DNA of 63,892 bases, filler included. It is 6 parts of 6 records of this genome, joined end to end, with 100 filler letters (N's around TTAATTAATTAA, not from the genome) between each part and the next. Parts side by side here need not be neighbours in the genome. Positions count along the whole stretch, not along the records: positions 8,554 to 21,030 come from DRR723986_17733; positions 21,131 to 32,239 come from DRR723986_17754; 4 more parts are not named here. One strand, given 5' to 3'. The notes beneath the pieces are model-generated. The model was not told where the DNA came from. It saw nothing but the letters and a program-made list of their open reading frames with translations, and made no database searches. This document shows positions 18,233 to 28,906 of this stretch, in pieces. Every line of letters starts with the position of its first letter. Position 1 is the stretch's first letter. Made by a program: the position numbers and the translations under genes.

Positions 18233-19411
18233 ATGCTCGTCCGCGACCGCGCCTTTTTCGCGTCCATGTTCCTGACGGTTCTGGCCGACCAGATCCTCCT
18301 GTTTCTGGTGCCGCTGGTGATCTTCCAGATAACCGGCGATGTCGCCTGGTCCGGCCTTGCCTTCTTCTTCGAAACCTTGCCGCGCTATCTGACATTTCCA
18401 GTCGTAGGCATTCTGTGTGACCGGTTCTCGCCGATCCTGCTGCTGCGTGTCAGCCGCATTTTGCGGGCTGTGGCCTGTATAGTCGGTATAGCCGGTCAGC
18501 TTGCATTTGGTGGGGTCTGGTGGTTGATCGGGCTTTCTGCCGTCGTCGGCATTTTCACGACGCAGGGCATGCTGGCGCTGGAAATGGTGCTTGTACGTGC
18601 CTTCTCCGACCAGCGTTTCGAAAAAGTGGCGAGTTACGGACAGCTCGCCTCGCAAATGGGCGTCGTGCTCGGTCCGTTGGTCGCCGCCTACCTCATGGCG
18701 TTCTGGCCCTGGCAGGCAGTGGTCGTGCTGGCAACGGTCCTGTTTGTGTTGGCCGATCTAGCCTTTTACTTCTGGCCCGGTCAGGCGCGAATGGAAGACG
18801 CTCCAGGCAGGCGTGTTTCGCGCCATCCCGTGGCGGACCTCAATCACGCGCTCAAGCTGGTCTGGACATTGCCGGGCCTGACGCGGGCAATCCTGCAGGC
18901 CGCCGGCGTCAACCTGATCATTGGCGCGACGCTGGCAACGGCTGCCGCCATGATGACGGGCTTCTTCAGTCAAAGCGAACAGGTCTACGCCTGGCTTCAG
19001 GTCGGCGGAGCCCTGGCAACACTTGCCGTCCTGACGCTGACCGCACATGTTGCGCTCAGCCTGAAGACCCTCGGCGTTACGGCTTACGGGTTGATCTGCG
19101 CGGGGGCCGTGCTGACAGGCCTTGGAGCCCATCCGTTGATCTATGCGGCAGGTTTCCTGCTGATCGCCGGGTTCGACAAGATGTTCAACATCTATGTACG
19201 CACCTTGCGCAAGGAGATCATACCGCCGGAGGAATTCGGCAAGACAACCGGTGTGATCATCTGCCTCAACAATCTGTCGCAGCCGCTGGCTGGCCTCATC
19301 GTCGCCATCTTCGCAGCTGGAGACGACGCAAGGGCCGTCCTGCTTGGCCTTGCCGGCGCTATGGCAGTGCTGGGCGTTATGACATTCCGGCGCGCCGCCA
19401 CGCAGTCGTAA
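18233..19411 (+). CDS. MFS transporter
   Basis: About 12 hydrophobic segments; motif A GILCDRFSP; IIPPEEFGKTTG. Confidence 0.85.
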   Translation: MLVRDRAFFASMFLTVLADQILLFLVPLVIFQITGDVAWSGLAFFFETLPRYLTFPVVGILCDRFSPILLLRVSRILRAVACIVGIAGQLAFGGVWWLIGLSAVVGIFTTQGMLALEMVLVRAFSDQRFEKVASYGQLASQMGVVLGPLVAAYLMAFWPWQAVVVLATVLFVLADLAFYFWPGQARMEDAPGRRVSRHPVADLNHALKLVWTLPGLTRAILQAAGVNLIIGATLATAAAMMTGFFSQSEQVYAWLQVGGALATLAVLTLTAHVALSLKTLGVTAYGLICAGAVLTGLGAHPLIYAAGFLLIAGFDKMFNIYVRTLRKEIIPPEEFGKTTGVIICLNNLSQPLAGLIVAIFAAGDDARAVLLGLAGAMAVLGVMTFRRAATQS

Positions 19412-19432
19412 CAGGTGGCATGGGGGGGCAGA

Positions 19433-20356
19433 TCAGCTGATAGCCGGCTGGTCTCGCAAGGCCGTCAGTCCTTCTGCTGACCGCCTGACGATATCCGCGA
19501 TCTCGGTGAGCTGGCCTGCCAGCGGGCTCCTTCTACGCCAGACCATGCCGATTGTCCGGGTCGGCTCGGGGGCTTCAAAACGCGAGATTGCCACCGATGC
19601 CGAACGGGTCTCCACGGGAACTGCCATTTCCGGAATCAGGGTGACCCCCATCCCCGCACTGACCATCTGGACAAGCGTTGAAAGGGAACTTGCGTCCAGG
19701 ACTTCGCGCGGTGGGCCGGATTGCAGGTTGCAGAAGGACAGGGCCTGATCGCGAAAACAATGGCCTTCCTCCAACAAAAGCAACCGCATCTCGCGCAGGC
19801 TGTCGGCGCTCGGCATTGGTGCGTTGGCTTCCCGCGCCGAGCGCACCAGCACGAAGCGCTCGCTGAAAAGGGCCGTTTCCGCAAGTGCGCCTTCGGAAAC
19901 CGGCAAGGCCACAATGGCCGTGTCGAGGCGACCTTCGTCCAGCTCGTCGATCAGGTTCGGCGTCACTGTCTCGCGCACATGAATGTCCAGCTCCGGATAG
20001 CTCCTGGTCAATGCTCCGACAACGCTCGGCAGGAGATAGGGGGCGACAGTCGGAATGACGCCGATGCGCAGCCGCCCGACAAGCCTTTCGCGTGATGCCC
20101 TGGCAAGGTCACCCAGCTCCTCGGTGGCCCGCAGGATGTCGCGGGCACGCTCGGCGGCAACTTCACCAAAATGTGTCAGACGGATTTGTCTGGCCCCGCG
20201 TTCGAACAAGCTCGCACCGAGCACTTCCTCCATTTCCTTGATCTGCATGGACAGCGCCGGCTGCGAAATGGCGCAGGCCTCGGCTGCCTTGCCGAAATGA
20301 CCGTGCCGGGCGAGGGCCTCGAAATAGCGCAACTGTTTGAGGGTGATATTGATCAT
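19433..20356 (-). CDS. oxyR: OxyR hydrogen peroxide-sensing LysR regulator
   Basis: Redox Cys pair EGHCFRDQALSFC; SSLSTLVQMV; divergent from katG. Confidence 0.92.
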   Translation of the reverse strand: MINITLKQLRYFEALARHGHFGKAAEACAISQPALSMQIKEMEEVLGASLFERGARQIRLTHFGEVAAERARDILRATEELGDLARASRERLVGRLRIGVIPTVAPYLLPSVVGALTRSYPELDIHVRETVTPNLIDELDEGRLDTAIVALPVSEGALAETALFSERFVLVRSAREANAPMPSADSLREMRLLLLEEGHCFRDQALSFCNLQSGPPREVLDASSLSTLVQMVSAGMGVTLIPEMAVPVETRSASVAISRFEAPEPTRTIGMVWRRRSPLAGQLTEIADIVRRSAEGLTALRDQPAIS

Positions 20357-20391
20357 AAGCGTAACTTATCGAAGTTATCAGAAAATTCAAC
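20355..20391. promoter_or_regulatory. OxyR binding site
   Basis: ATAA-N7-TTAT-N7-ATCA-N7-CAAC matches the ATAG-N7-CTAT-N7-ATAG-N7-CTAT pattern and overlaps the oxyR start codon. Confidence 0.7.
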
Positions 20392-20400
20392 TTCCTCTGA

Positions 20401-21030
<630 letters not shown>

Positions 21031-21130
21031 NNNNNNNNNNNNNNNNNNNNNNNNNNNNNNNNNNNNNNNNNNNNTTAATTAATTAANNNNNNNNNNNNNN
21101 NNNNNNNNNNNNNNNNNNNNNNNNNNNNNN
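21031..21130. other. Artificial contig spacer
   Basis: N-run + TTAATTAATTAA. Confidence 0.99.
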
Positions 21131-21600
21131 GCGGTGGTGGGCACGGGCGGACCCATTGATTTCTCAGAGGGATCCAGCCTCAGTACTAGAGTACTTCAGT
21201 CTTAATCACTCGTAATATCCAGTTCAGGACTTGCAGACACAGGCGCATTCCACTGCGCCATGCCCCGCGCAAGAAGCGGCAACTTGCACTGTGCCAATTA
21301 CAGAACTCCGGGGGCAACTCCACTTGGCCGACAATTGATTCCGGAACAGCCAAAACGCCTTAGCCACCCTCAGATACTCTAAGGGCCAACATCACAAACA
21401 AAGTTCAAGCGTGAACTCTCAAGACGCAGCGCCAGTTAAACAGAGCCGCCTGTTCTACGCCGAATGCCTTATGAACCGGTCACGCCTCGTTAAAGCATCA
21501 AATATCTTGAGCATTCGCTTGTCAATAATTCAGACTCGTATAGATCAACGATGTCATGACTCGTCAAGTATTTAATCTCCGCAAGTAACAAGAGAATCAC

Positions 21601-23511
21601 ATGTACAGATGCCTACTGCTCATTTTTGGCTCTATTGTCTTGGGTGCCTGCCAAGCTGAAGCCCCCCTAAGCCAGGAACATCCGATTCATATCAGCGAGG
21701 CCGTGAATGGTCAGGAACTGATTATCCGTTATCACCAATCACATCCCAGGGCGCAGTTTACAACCGACAGCCTCATGATTGCCACACTATACGTGTATTC
21801 GGCGGACGAAATCCGCTGCTACCGCCAGCCCATGCAAGCCGCAAAAACAGCACTTGAGTGTAGCTGGACCTTGCCACAAGACGCCGTATTTATCCGGGCG
21901 GAAGTTTCTCCGCCCCACGTGCTGCGCACACGTGAAAATGCAGCAGGGCTCACACTACACCAAAATGACTTCCAGCCCGGCGGCATTGCCTGGATGATGC
22001 AACGCGCGCGCGATGAAGCAGAACTCATGCACTTCTTTGTTGAAGACAGCACACTTTATCCGCAAAATCTGAGCCGCTGGTACGGCCTTTTCTCGCAGGC
22101 ACCGCGCCTAAAAACTCCGCGGCAAACACTTGAACGTTACGTACAAAACCTGGGCAAAGAACTTACGCACATTAACAGCAGTGACCTCCGCACGCGCATC
22201 GATGGACATGTGATTCTCGGCATGGCCGCACAACTTCTGCACCAGCCGACAGAAATGGCGACGCACATTAACATGCTTCATGAATTGACATCCAAATTGC
22301 CTGCGCTCAAACCTACAATGGAAAATAGTGTTTCACTGGTGGCAAACTTGGGACTGGCAACTATTATTGATCGCGATTTTCAGGTTCAAACCGACAGCAC
22401 GTATTCAGAGAAGTTTAACACCAGGCTGCAACAGTACATCGAGATTGCAAATAACTTAAATAGCAGCCGGTTGCAGGCGGAAATACTGATATGCGCATTT
22501 CGCTACCGCTCCCTGATTCCCAGATATCCCAGAGTTTTCACTCAGGCATTGGAAGTTTTTGCACAAAACACCAGTAATTGGAGTGCGTGTGAGCACGCCA
22601 TGCATCCCTCAGTCGCACTCTCCCTTGCGGTCGTAAGTGAAGTCCTTGAAGAAGATGTAGTCGCAGTTCAAATCGAGCAGCTGCTCGAAAAACTCAAATC
22701 AGTCAATTCCTGGGAGCCCGAATCGGCCCAGGAATGTGTTAGTCACTCAGACATAGGCGGCCGCATTACATCCGGCTTTCTGTATCTGAGCAGGCTATAC
22801 AAAGCCATCGAGGATCTGGAATCAGAGAAACGTCTACTCCACAAGTCTCTTGAAGTCAAGGGCCAGCACGTCAGCGGTGCCCACTCTCTCAGTGCCGTCA
22901 GACTTGCGCATATTTACGCGGACCTGGGCGTGCTGGACAGCGCCGTACAATTCTACGCTCAGGCTGAACATTTAAGTAGTCCTTTTGCCGAAGAAGCATT
23001 TATAAAAATTAATGAGATACGCGAATCGAACGGCTTAGCCACACTTAACAAACTGGCAACCCTGCAGCAGCACGCAGAGTTTGCACCGCCCAAAGCAACA
23101 CATCCTATTCATGGTGAATTAATAACGCGGGCCGGCAGCCTTAACTATAACAGTACTGCGCCGCTCTTCCTCCTGTTTTCCGGCGCGGAATGTTCTGTTT
23201 GCACAGAATACATGCCTGGAATTCGCACGGAATTAATTAAACATTTTCCGGAGGACCGCATTGTGCTCGTCACCAATGATCAGCCGGAAGTCATTGAGCA
23301 ACTCTATGGCAAGGACGTCTTAACCGCAGAACTGACGCCTAAAGTCGCGGCGCTCCACCAGGTAAACATACTGCCGGCCATCCAAATTGTACGCGATAAT
23401 AATATTGAGTTAAAATTCGCCAGCGTCTCAGAGACATCAGTACAACAGATATTGTTTAACCTGGAACGCCAGGAGACTTCCAGAAACGCAAAGCTGAACA
23501 CGCAGAACTAA
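21601..23511 (+). CDS. Hypothetical lipoprotein with helical/TPR-like region and C-terminal thioredoxin-like CxxC domain
   Basis: Lipobox VLGAC; TPR-like RLAHIYADLGVLDSAVQFYAQA; LFLLFSGAECSVC...VNILPAIQIV (cis-Pro motif). Confidence 0.65.
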   Translation: MYRCLLLIFGSIVLGACQAEAPLSQEHPIHISEAVNGQELIIRYHQSHPRAQFTTDSLMIATLYVYSADEIRCYRQPMQAAKTALECSWTLPQDAVFIRAEVSPPHVLRTRENAAGLTLHQNDFQPGGIAWMMQRARDEAELMHFFVEDSTLYPQNLSRWYGLFSQAPRLKTPRQTLERYVQNLGKELTHINSSDLRTRIDGHVILGMAAQLLHQPTEMATHINMLHELTSKLPALKPTMENSVSLVANLGLATIIDRDFQVQTDSTYSEKFNTRLQQYIEIANNLNSSRLQAEILICAFRYRSLIPRYPRVFTQALEVFAQNTSNWSACEHAMHPSVALSLAVVSEVLEEDVVAVQIEQLLEKLKSVNSWEPESAQECVSHSDIGGRITSGFLYLSRLYKAIEDLESEKRLLHKSLEVKGQHVSGAHSLSAVRLAHIYADLGVLDSAVQFYAQAEHLSSPFAEEAFIKINEIRESNGLATLNKLATLQQHAEFAPPKATHPIHGELITRAGSLNYNSTAPLFLLFSGAECSVCTEYMPGIRTELIKHFPEDRIVLVTNDQPEVIEQLYGKDVLTAELTPKVAALHQVNILPAIQIVRDNNIELKFASVSETSVQQILFNLERQETSRNAKLNTQN

Positions 23512-23733
23512 AACCATTCAGGCTTAAACATAACTGCGAGACTCAAACCATTGAAACAGCCTCATTGAACAGAATCTGACAACTTGGTGAAAAACAAAAA
23601 TTCAAAAAAGCCTGAGACACGGACGCACGCAGTAAAGGCCGGGGCTCAAAGCGATCATGCCCCGGCAGATAACTCACGTAACAACAATCGCACATCACTC
23701 AAAACTGAGAGTAAATCCAAAACGGAAAACTTG

Positions 23734-24138
23734 CTAGTGCGAACTCTGGGTGGCCGGGTTCGACAAATACACGAGCGCATTGCGGCGCTGGTCAACAACC
23801 TCAAAAGAGTTAACCGTAAAACGGCGCACATCGTCCAGCTTCCAGGAGTGGACCGAATCGCACACATCCGGATTTCCGTCGGGACTTGTGGTGAGTCCCA
23901 CGCTAATTTTTATCTCGTTATCGCCAAAATACAACTGCCAGCCGCTTAAACAATTCATAGAATCGCGCAGCATCGAATGTGAAATCAAACGGTCATTGTA
24001 ATCACCCAGAAACGTCTGCAAAGGCATGGACTCGTAAGGCTCAAATTTAAACTGAATCGCCGCACGCTCGGAATGCGAACGCGAATCACATGCGAACAGG
24101 AAGGGCACAAGCCACAGAAGTAGTAAACTACAACGCAT
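23734..24138 (-). CDS. Hypothetical lipoprotein
   Basis: Hydrophobic N-terminus with lipobox LFAC; no recognisable domain. Confidence 0.55.
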   Translation of the reverse strand: MRCSLLLLWLVPFLFACDSRSHSERAAIQFKFEPYESMPLQTFLGDYNDRLISHSMLRDSMNCLSGWQLYFGDNEIKISVGLTTSPDGNPDVCDSVHSWKLDDVRRFTVNSFEVVDQRRNALVYLSNPATQSSH

Positions 24139-24281
24139 ATTGACTTTTAACTTTCTGGGAGTATTCCGTAAATCCAGGCTACATGCTTAAACAGCTCATA
24201 AGAGCCGGCGAATCTGAGGCCTTAAACACAGCCGCAAAACACGCACCATTAGGCAAGTACAGATGCGGCTGCTACAAGAGT

Positions 24282-25154
24282 TTACTTCAGCGTAAGTGAC
24301 TTTAACATTGCATTGGAACAGCGGATAGTATTATTCTCGTCGAGCGTAGTGGCATACAGATCCAAACCAGATTCACTACGTTCAAAACCGTAGATTTCGT
24401 GCGGTGCGGCGCCACTTTCGTCATCGGAAAGAATTATCACGTCACAGTCCGTGATGCGGTCACCGAACAATAAAGTGTAATAGCGGCCCTGACCATCCCA
24501 GGCAACTTCACCGTCGGCAGCAAAAATTGTTTGGCTGCCGGCTTCATCCTCATAGACACCTTCCAGAATGATACCGCTGAGGTATGTGTCAATTGTGAAG
24601 TCACGCGCAGCTGTGCCACCAGGAATCGCCGTGAACTCAACACTTGCCTGCTCTGGAGCAAACTGGACGGACATGATTTTTTTAGTTCCGTCGGTAGCGA
24701 TCGAGAGTGTCATATCACCCAGAGCAACATCCGTGCTGCGAACTTTGGAGGCATCATCAAATTTGGCAGCCAGCGCCTGCGCACCCGTATTTTCGGCGGC
24801 AGCATCTGTAGTCGCGTCTGTGGAAGCGTCATTGTTAACAAGTCCACGCCATTCGCCTTTAAACGAGTCGAAGTCAAAGGTATCGACCATGCGGTCGTTA
24901 AAACGCGAGAGTGTTGTACGGATTAAATTTGCGCCGTCCTGATGCAGAGTAATTGCCACGCGATCATCACTCACGGCACCCAGGGCACGCATAGGCGAAC
25001 GGCTGGCTTCTAGTTCCTGCACGTAATCACTGTTTAACCATACTGCCGTAAAATCGGCTGGAAAACCGGTGTATGGTTCGGGCGCGTCTGAATCACCACA
25101 TGCCGTCAGTAAACTCACACAGACTACAATCAAAACGAGCAATTTGGCAGACAT
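24282..25154 (-). CDS. Hypothetical acidic lipoprotein
   Basis: Lipobox LLTAC followed by GDSD; Asp/Glu-rich, beta-rich sequence. Confidence 0.7.
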   Translation of the reverse strand: MSAKLLVLIVVCVSLLTACGDSDAPEPYTGFPADFTAVWLNSDYVQELEASRSPMRALGAVSDDRVAITLHQDGANLIRTTLSRFNDRMVDTFDFDSFKGEWRGLVNNDASTDATTDAAAENTGAQALAAKFDDASKVRSTDVALGDMTLSIATDGTKKIMSVQFAPEQASVEFTAIPGGTAARDFTIDTYLSGIILEGVYEDEAGSQTIFAADGEVAWDGQGRYYTLLFGDRITDCDVIILSDDESGAAPHEIYGFERSESGLDLYATTLDENNTIRCSNAMLKSLTLK

Positions 25155-25548
25155 AAGCAGAGTTCTCGATCTTGTTTAAGTGAGGAAGTAGGATGAGAGA
25201 AATTCGGACGAGCGCGCGCGAGTCAGGCGAAAAACGACAAAACGCAGGCCGGTCGCTAATGGAGGCAGACTTCAATAATACTGATTCTTTTGAGGCGGAG
25301 CAATCCTGACGCGGTCTAAAGCCGGCATTGGCTCCAAGCGCATCCGGGCCGCGCCCAGAGCTAACTCGCAGTGCCCATCCGAAGCGATCCCTGGACTTGC
25401 CCAAAAAGTCCCGAATTACCCGCCAGAGCTAGACGCGCAGGTCTTGCGACAATTGGCGGGCTCAGTCTTTGGTGCTAATTTGAATGCAGAAGTTTTGGCC
25501 AAAGGCCTTGATTACAAGCTGCAACAGCTATTTTTTTGACGGTGATGT

Positions 25549-26352
25549 ATGCCCCTGGATGTTTTACCGATTTCCGTGCAGAAACTCGTGCGTGGACTGC
25601 AGCGCAAAAAACGGCGGGACCAGCATAATCTATGTTTTATTGAGGGCCAGACACTCTGCCGTGAAGCCCTGCAGCGCAAAGTGCCAATCGATTTTGCCGT
25701 AATTGACGAAGAAGGACCGCATTCCTACGAAGATTCGGAGATTCGGCGCCAGATGCTCGCCGCCGGTATAGAACTGTATCAGGTGCCGACCACCGCGTTT
25801 GGGCGCATGAGTGACACGAGTAATCCCCAGGGAATTCTGGCGGTCCTGCCGATTCCCGAGGAAAAGTCCGATCCGCAACAATCCGTAATTGTCCTCGACC
25901 GCGTCGCTGATCCAGGTAATGTTGGAACGATCATCCGCACGGCAGTCTGGTTTGGATTCAGGCAGGTTTTACTGGGCCCCGGCTCTGCCGATCCATTTGG
26001 CCCCAAAACGCTGCGTGCAGCAATGAGCGCCACCTTCCAGATTTCGATTAAGATGACCAGCTCGCTGGCTGCGACGCTGGATGCCGAGTTTGGGGCGCAG
26101 GAGCGCTGCGGCGCGATTCTTGGCGCGCAGTGCAGCCTGGCGGATGTAGACGTGTCGCACGGGCGCCCGATGTCGATCATTCTGGGCAATGAGGCGCAGG
26201 GGATCTCGGCTGAGGTGCGCGCCATGCTCAACCAGAGTTATGCGATTCCCGGCAGCGGCGAACTTGAGTCTCTTAATGTGGCTGCGGCTTCAGCAATCAG
26301 CCTCTATCACTTTGCCGGGCTGCTGCGGCAGACGGGAGCAGGAGGAGCCTGA
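25549..26352 (+). CDS. TrmH/SpoU family RNA methyltransferase
   Basis: LDRVADPGNVGTIIRTA, ILGNEAQGIS, ESLNVAAAS. Confidence 0.92.
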   Translation: MPLDVLPISVQKLVRGLQRKKRRDQHNLCFIEGQTLCREALQRKVPIDFAVIDEEGPHSYEDSEIRRQMLAAGIELYQVPTTAFGRMSDTSNPQGILAVLPIPEEKSDPQQSVIVLDRVADPGNVGTIIRTAVWFGFRQVLLGPGSADPFGPKTLRAAMSATFQISIKMTSSLAATLDAEFGAQERCGAILGAQCSLADVDVSHGRPMSIILGNEAQGISAEVRAMLNQSYAIPGSGELESLNVAAASAISLYHFAGLLRQTGAGGA

Positions 26353-26353
26353 A

Positions 26354-27502
26354 ATGTACCTGACTCCACGCCTGGCCACGCCGGGCACAACACCACTGCC
26401 GCCTGAAGTGCTCGCTGCCATGGCGCGCGCCATGATTCATCATCGCTCGGCGCAGTTCACTGAGATTTTGACGCGTGTGCATCAAAACCTGCAGACGATC
26501 TTTCAAACTGCGCAGCCTGTTATGCTTTTGACTTCATCCGGCAGCGGCGCCGGAGAAGCGATCGCTGCCAGCCTGTTTGCTCCAGGCACAAAAGTGGCCT
26601 ACGCCTCACATGGCAAATTCTCCGAGCGCTGGGGTGAGATGCTGCGCCTGCGCGGCGTGGAAACGATCAAAATTGCGGTTCCGCTGGGAACCGCGCCCGA
26701 TCTGGCCGATGTCGAATCTCAACTGGACGGCCGGAGTGATGTAGCTGCCGTCTGGCTGACACAAAGTGAAACCTCAACAGGCGTCTGGACCGACGTCAAG
26801 TCGATTGCTGCCGGACTGCGCCGGAGATATCCGGATGCCCTCATAATAGTTGATGCCGTCAGCGCGCTGCTGGCGCACGAAATGAACATGGATGAATGGG
26901 ATCTGGACGTCGTTTTTGGCGCTTCACAAAAAGGTCTGATGTCCCCGCCCGGCCTGGCACCAATTGCCTTGAGCCCGCGTGCGCAGAAGCGTCTGCAGGC
27001 AACTCCGGCCGGATCGGTCTACTTTGACCTGCAGCGGGCGCTGCAGGCCTGGCACAAAAATTCAACGCCATTTACGCCTGCGGTCAGCGCAATAAACGGC
27101 CTGGACGCAGCCATGCAATTGATCCTGCAGGACGGGCTGCAAAACACTCAGCAGCGCCATGCCATGCATTCAATTGCCGTGCGTGCCGCGGCGCAGGCGC
27201 TGGGGCTAACGCTCTTTGGTACGCCGCCGTCACATGCCGCGACGGCCATTGAACTGCCGAGTGACGCGCAAGACTTCCGGCGAGTCCTGTCGCAGGAGGC
27301 GCGTGTCACCGTCGCTGGTGGCCAGCAAGAGCTGGCCGAGAAAATCTTCCGGATTGGGCATCTTGGTTTTCAGGATGCGGGTGATATGCTCGCGATTATC
27401 AGCGCCGTGGAGTTTGCGCTGCTGCAATGTGGCAAGGTCATTAGCCCTGGTGCGGGCCTGACCGCCGCGCAGGAAGTCTACTGCGCGCCGGACGGCTACT
27501 AG
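26354..27502 (+). CDS. Class V PLP aminotransferase (alanine-glyoxylate/serine-pyruvate type)
   Basis: TPGTTP, HHRS, SETSTG, VDAVS, PLP lysine in GASQKGLMSPPGL, FRIGHLG; start at ATG 26354 after GGAGGAG. Confidence 0.92.
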   Translation: MYLTPRLATPGTTPLPPEVLAAMARAMIHHRSAQFTEILTRVHQNLQTIFQTAQPVMLLTSSGSGAGEAIAASLFAPGTKVAYASHGKFSERWGEMLRLRGVETIKIAVPLGTAPDLADVESQLDGRSDVAAVWLTQSETSTGVWTDVKSIAAGLRRRYPDALIIVDAVSALLAHEMNMDEWDLDVVFGASQKGLMSPPGLAPIALSPRAQKRLQATPAGSVYFDLQRALQAWHKNSTPFTPAVSAINGLDAAMQLILQDGLQNTQQRHAMHSIAVRAAAQALGLTLFGTPPSHAATAIELPSDAQDFRRVLSQEARVTVAGGQQELAEKIFRIGHLGFQDAGDMLAIISAVEFALLQCGKVISPGAGLTAAQEVYCAPDGY

Positions 27503-27551
27503 AGTAGTTTCGAGAAAATTCAGCCGGAATCCATCAAAACCTGGATCAACA

Positions 27552-28202
27552 ATGCATATTCTGATCGGTAGCAACAATCCGAATAAAGTTGCTGAGATTA
27601 ACGCTATCATGCAATCGATTTTCACTGAAAATCTATCGGTTTATCTGCCGCGTGACGTCGCCAGTTTTCCAGCCTCAATCGAGGAAACCGGCAGTACACT
27701 TGAGGCCAACGCCATGATCAAAGCCTACGAGATGTTCGCCGCCACGGCTCTGCCCTGCGTTGCCGACGACACAGGACTTGAGGTTGAGGCTCTCGGCGGG
27801 CGGCCCGGTGTCTATTCGGCGCGTTACGCCGGTGAGGATGCGCAGGATACAGATAATCGTGCACTTTTGCTGCGTGAGCTGGATGGCACGCAGCAGCGCA
27901 GCGCGCACTTTCGTACCGTAATTTGTTTCTACGATGGTTTCCGCACCGTCTTCGCCGAAGGCATCTGCAGCGGGACAATCACAACGGCCGAGCGCGGCGA
28001 ATCCGGCTTCGGCTACGATCCCGTTTTCCAGCCGCAGAACGAGTCGCGCAGTTTTGCTGAGATGCAAGCCGCTGAGAAAAATGCGATCAGTCATCGAGGC
28101 CGCGCGCTGCGCGCGCTAGCCGCCAAGCTGGAAGTGCTGCGCACAGAACGCGAGTCAATCAGCGACCTGCGCCAAACGCTTCAGCAAGTCTGCGCACTTT
28201 AA
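27552..28202 (+). CDS. rdgB: RdgB/HAM1 non-canonical purine NTP pyrophosphatase
   Basis: SNNPNK, EETGST, ADDTGLEVEALGGRPGVYSARY, GFGYDPVF, ISHRGRA. Confidence 0.95.
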   Translation: MHILIGSNNPNKVAEINAIMQSIFTENLSVYLPRDVASFPASIEETGSTLEANAMIKAYEMFAATALPCVADDTGLEVEALGGRPGVYSARYAGEDAQDTDNRALLLRELDGTQQRSAHFRTVICFYDGFRTVFAEGICSGTITTAERGESGFGYDPVFQPQNESRSFAEMQAAEKNAISHRGRALRALAAKLEVLRTERESISDLRQTLQQVCAL

Positions 28203-28225
28203 GACTCCGGCAGCGCCTTTGGAAT

Positions 28226-28906
28226 TTGTATATTACAGCCGTGAACCAATCAACTCCAGATTCAGAATCCGCACAGATGGCCGCACCCATGCTGGGAGAA
28301 CGTCCGCGACGCTTATGCCACATCGTTGTTCTGGCAGCGCGCGCGCAGCATGCCGAACTCGAAGTTCAGATTGAGCAGGCACTCGACTCAACCTGCAGCT
28401 TTAGCGATATCTACGAAACATTAACACAATCTTATCTTTTCCTGGGGTTTCCCGCAGCACTCGAAGCATTGCTGTGTTTGTACAATGTGTCCAAATCGCG
28501 CCCCGACCTGAAAGCGCCCCAGGCGGCCGATTATGACCTTGAGAATTTTGGCGCGCGCGGCGCGCAGCTCTGCCGCCAGATTTACACAAGCGCTTACGAC
28601 AAAATGCGCAGTCGCCTGGCGGTGGCGGCACCCGACCTGGATCAGTGGATGATCGTGGAAGGTTATGGCAAAACGCTGGCGCGCCCGCAGCTGGAAATAC
28701 AAATCCGCGAACTTTTGATCGTCGCAATGTTATGTGTTGGTGGCTGGGAACGTCAACTCTTTTCGCATATTCGCGGCGCGCTTAATGTTGCCGTTCCTGC
28801 TGAAACCTGCCGCGCCGTCATTCAGCTGGCGAGCGCACATTTAACAGCCGAGAAACAGGCGCGTTACCTCAATATTCTGAACAAGCTTCTGGCAAATGCA
28901 TCATGA
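28226..28906 (+). CDS. Carboxymuconolactone decarboxylase (CMD/AhpD-like) family protein
   Basis: YETLTQSYLFLGFPAAL; YGKTLARPQL..RELLIVAML..QLFSHIRGALNV; start uncertain (TTG 28226 or later). Confidence 0.75.
   Translation: MYITAVNQSTPDSESAQMAAPMLGERPRRLCHIVVLAARAQHAELEVQIEQALDSTCSFSDIYETLTQSYLFLGFPAALEALLCLYNVSKSRPDLKAPQAADYDLENFGARGAQLCRQIYTSAYDKMRSRLAVAAPDLDQWMIVEGYGKTLARPQLEIQIRELLIVAMLCVGGWERQLFSHIRGALNVAVPAETCRAVIQLASAHLTAEKQARYLNILNKLLANAS

Noticed and set aside
21131-21600. ncRNA or riboswitch in the 470-bp non-coding contig start
   Set aside because: No recognisable tRNA, riboswitch or repeat pattern by eye; an Rfam search would be needed.
25355-25440. Short direct repeat CCAGAGCTA..CGCAG in a divergent intergenic region
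   Set aside because: Only two copies with a 9-bp core; could be chance.
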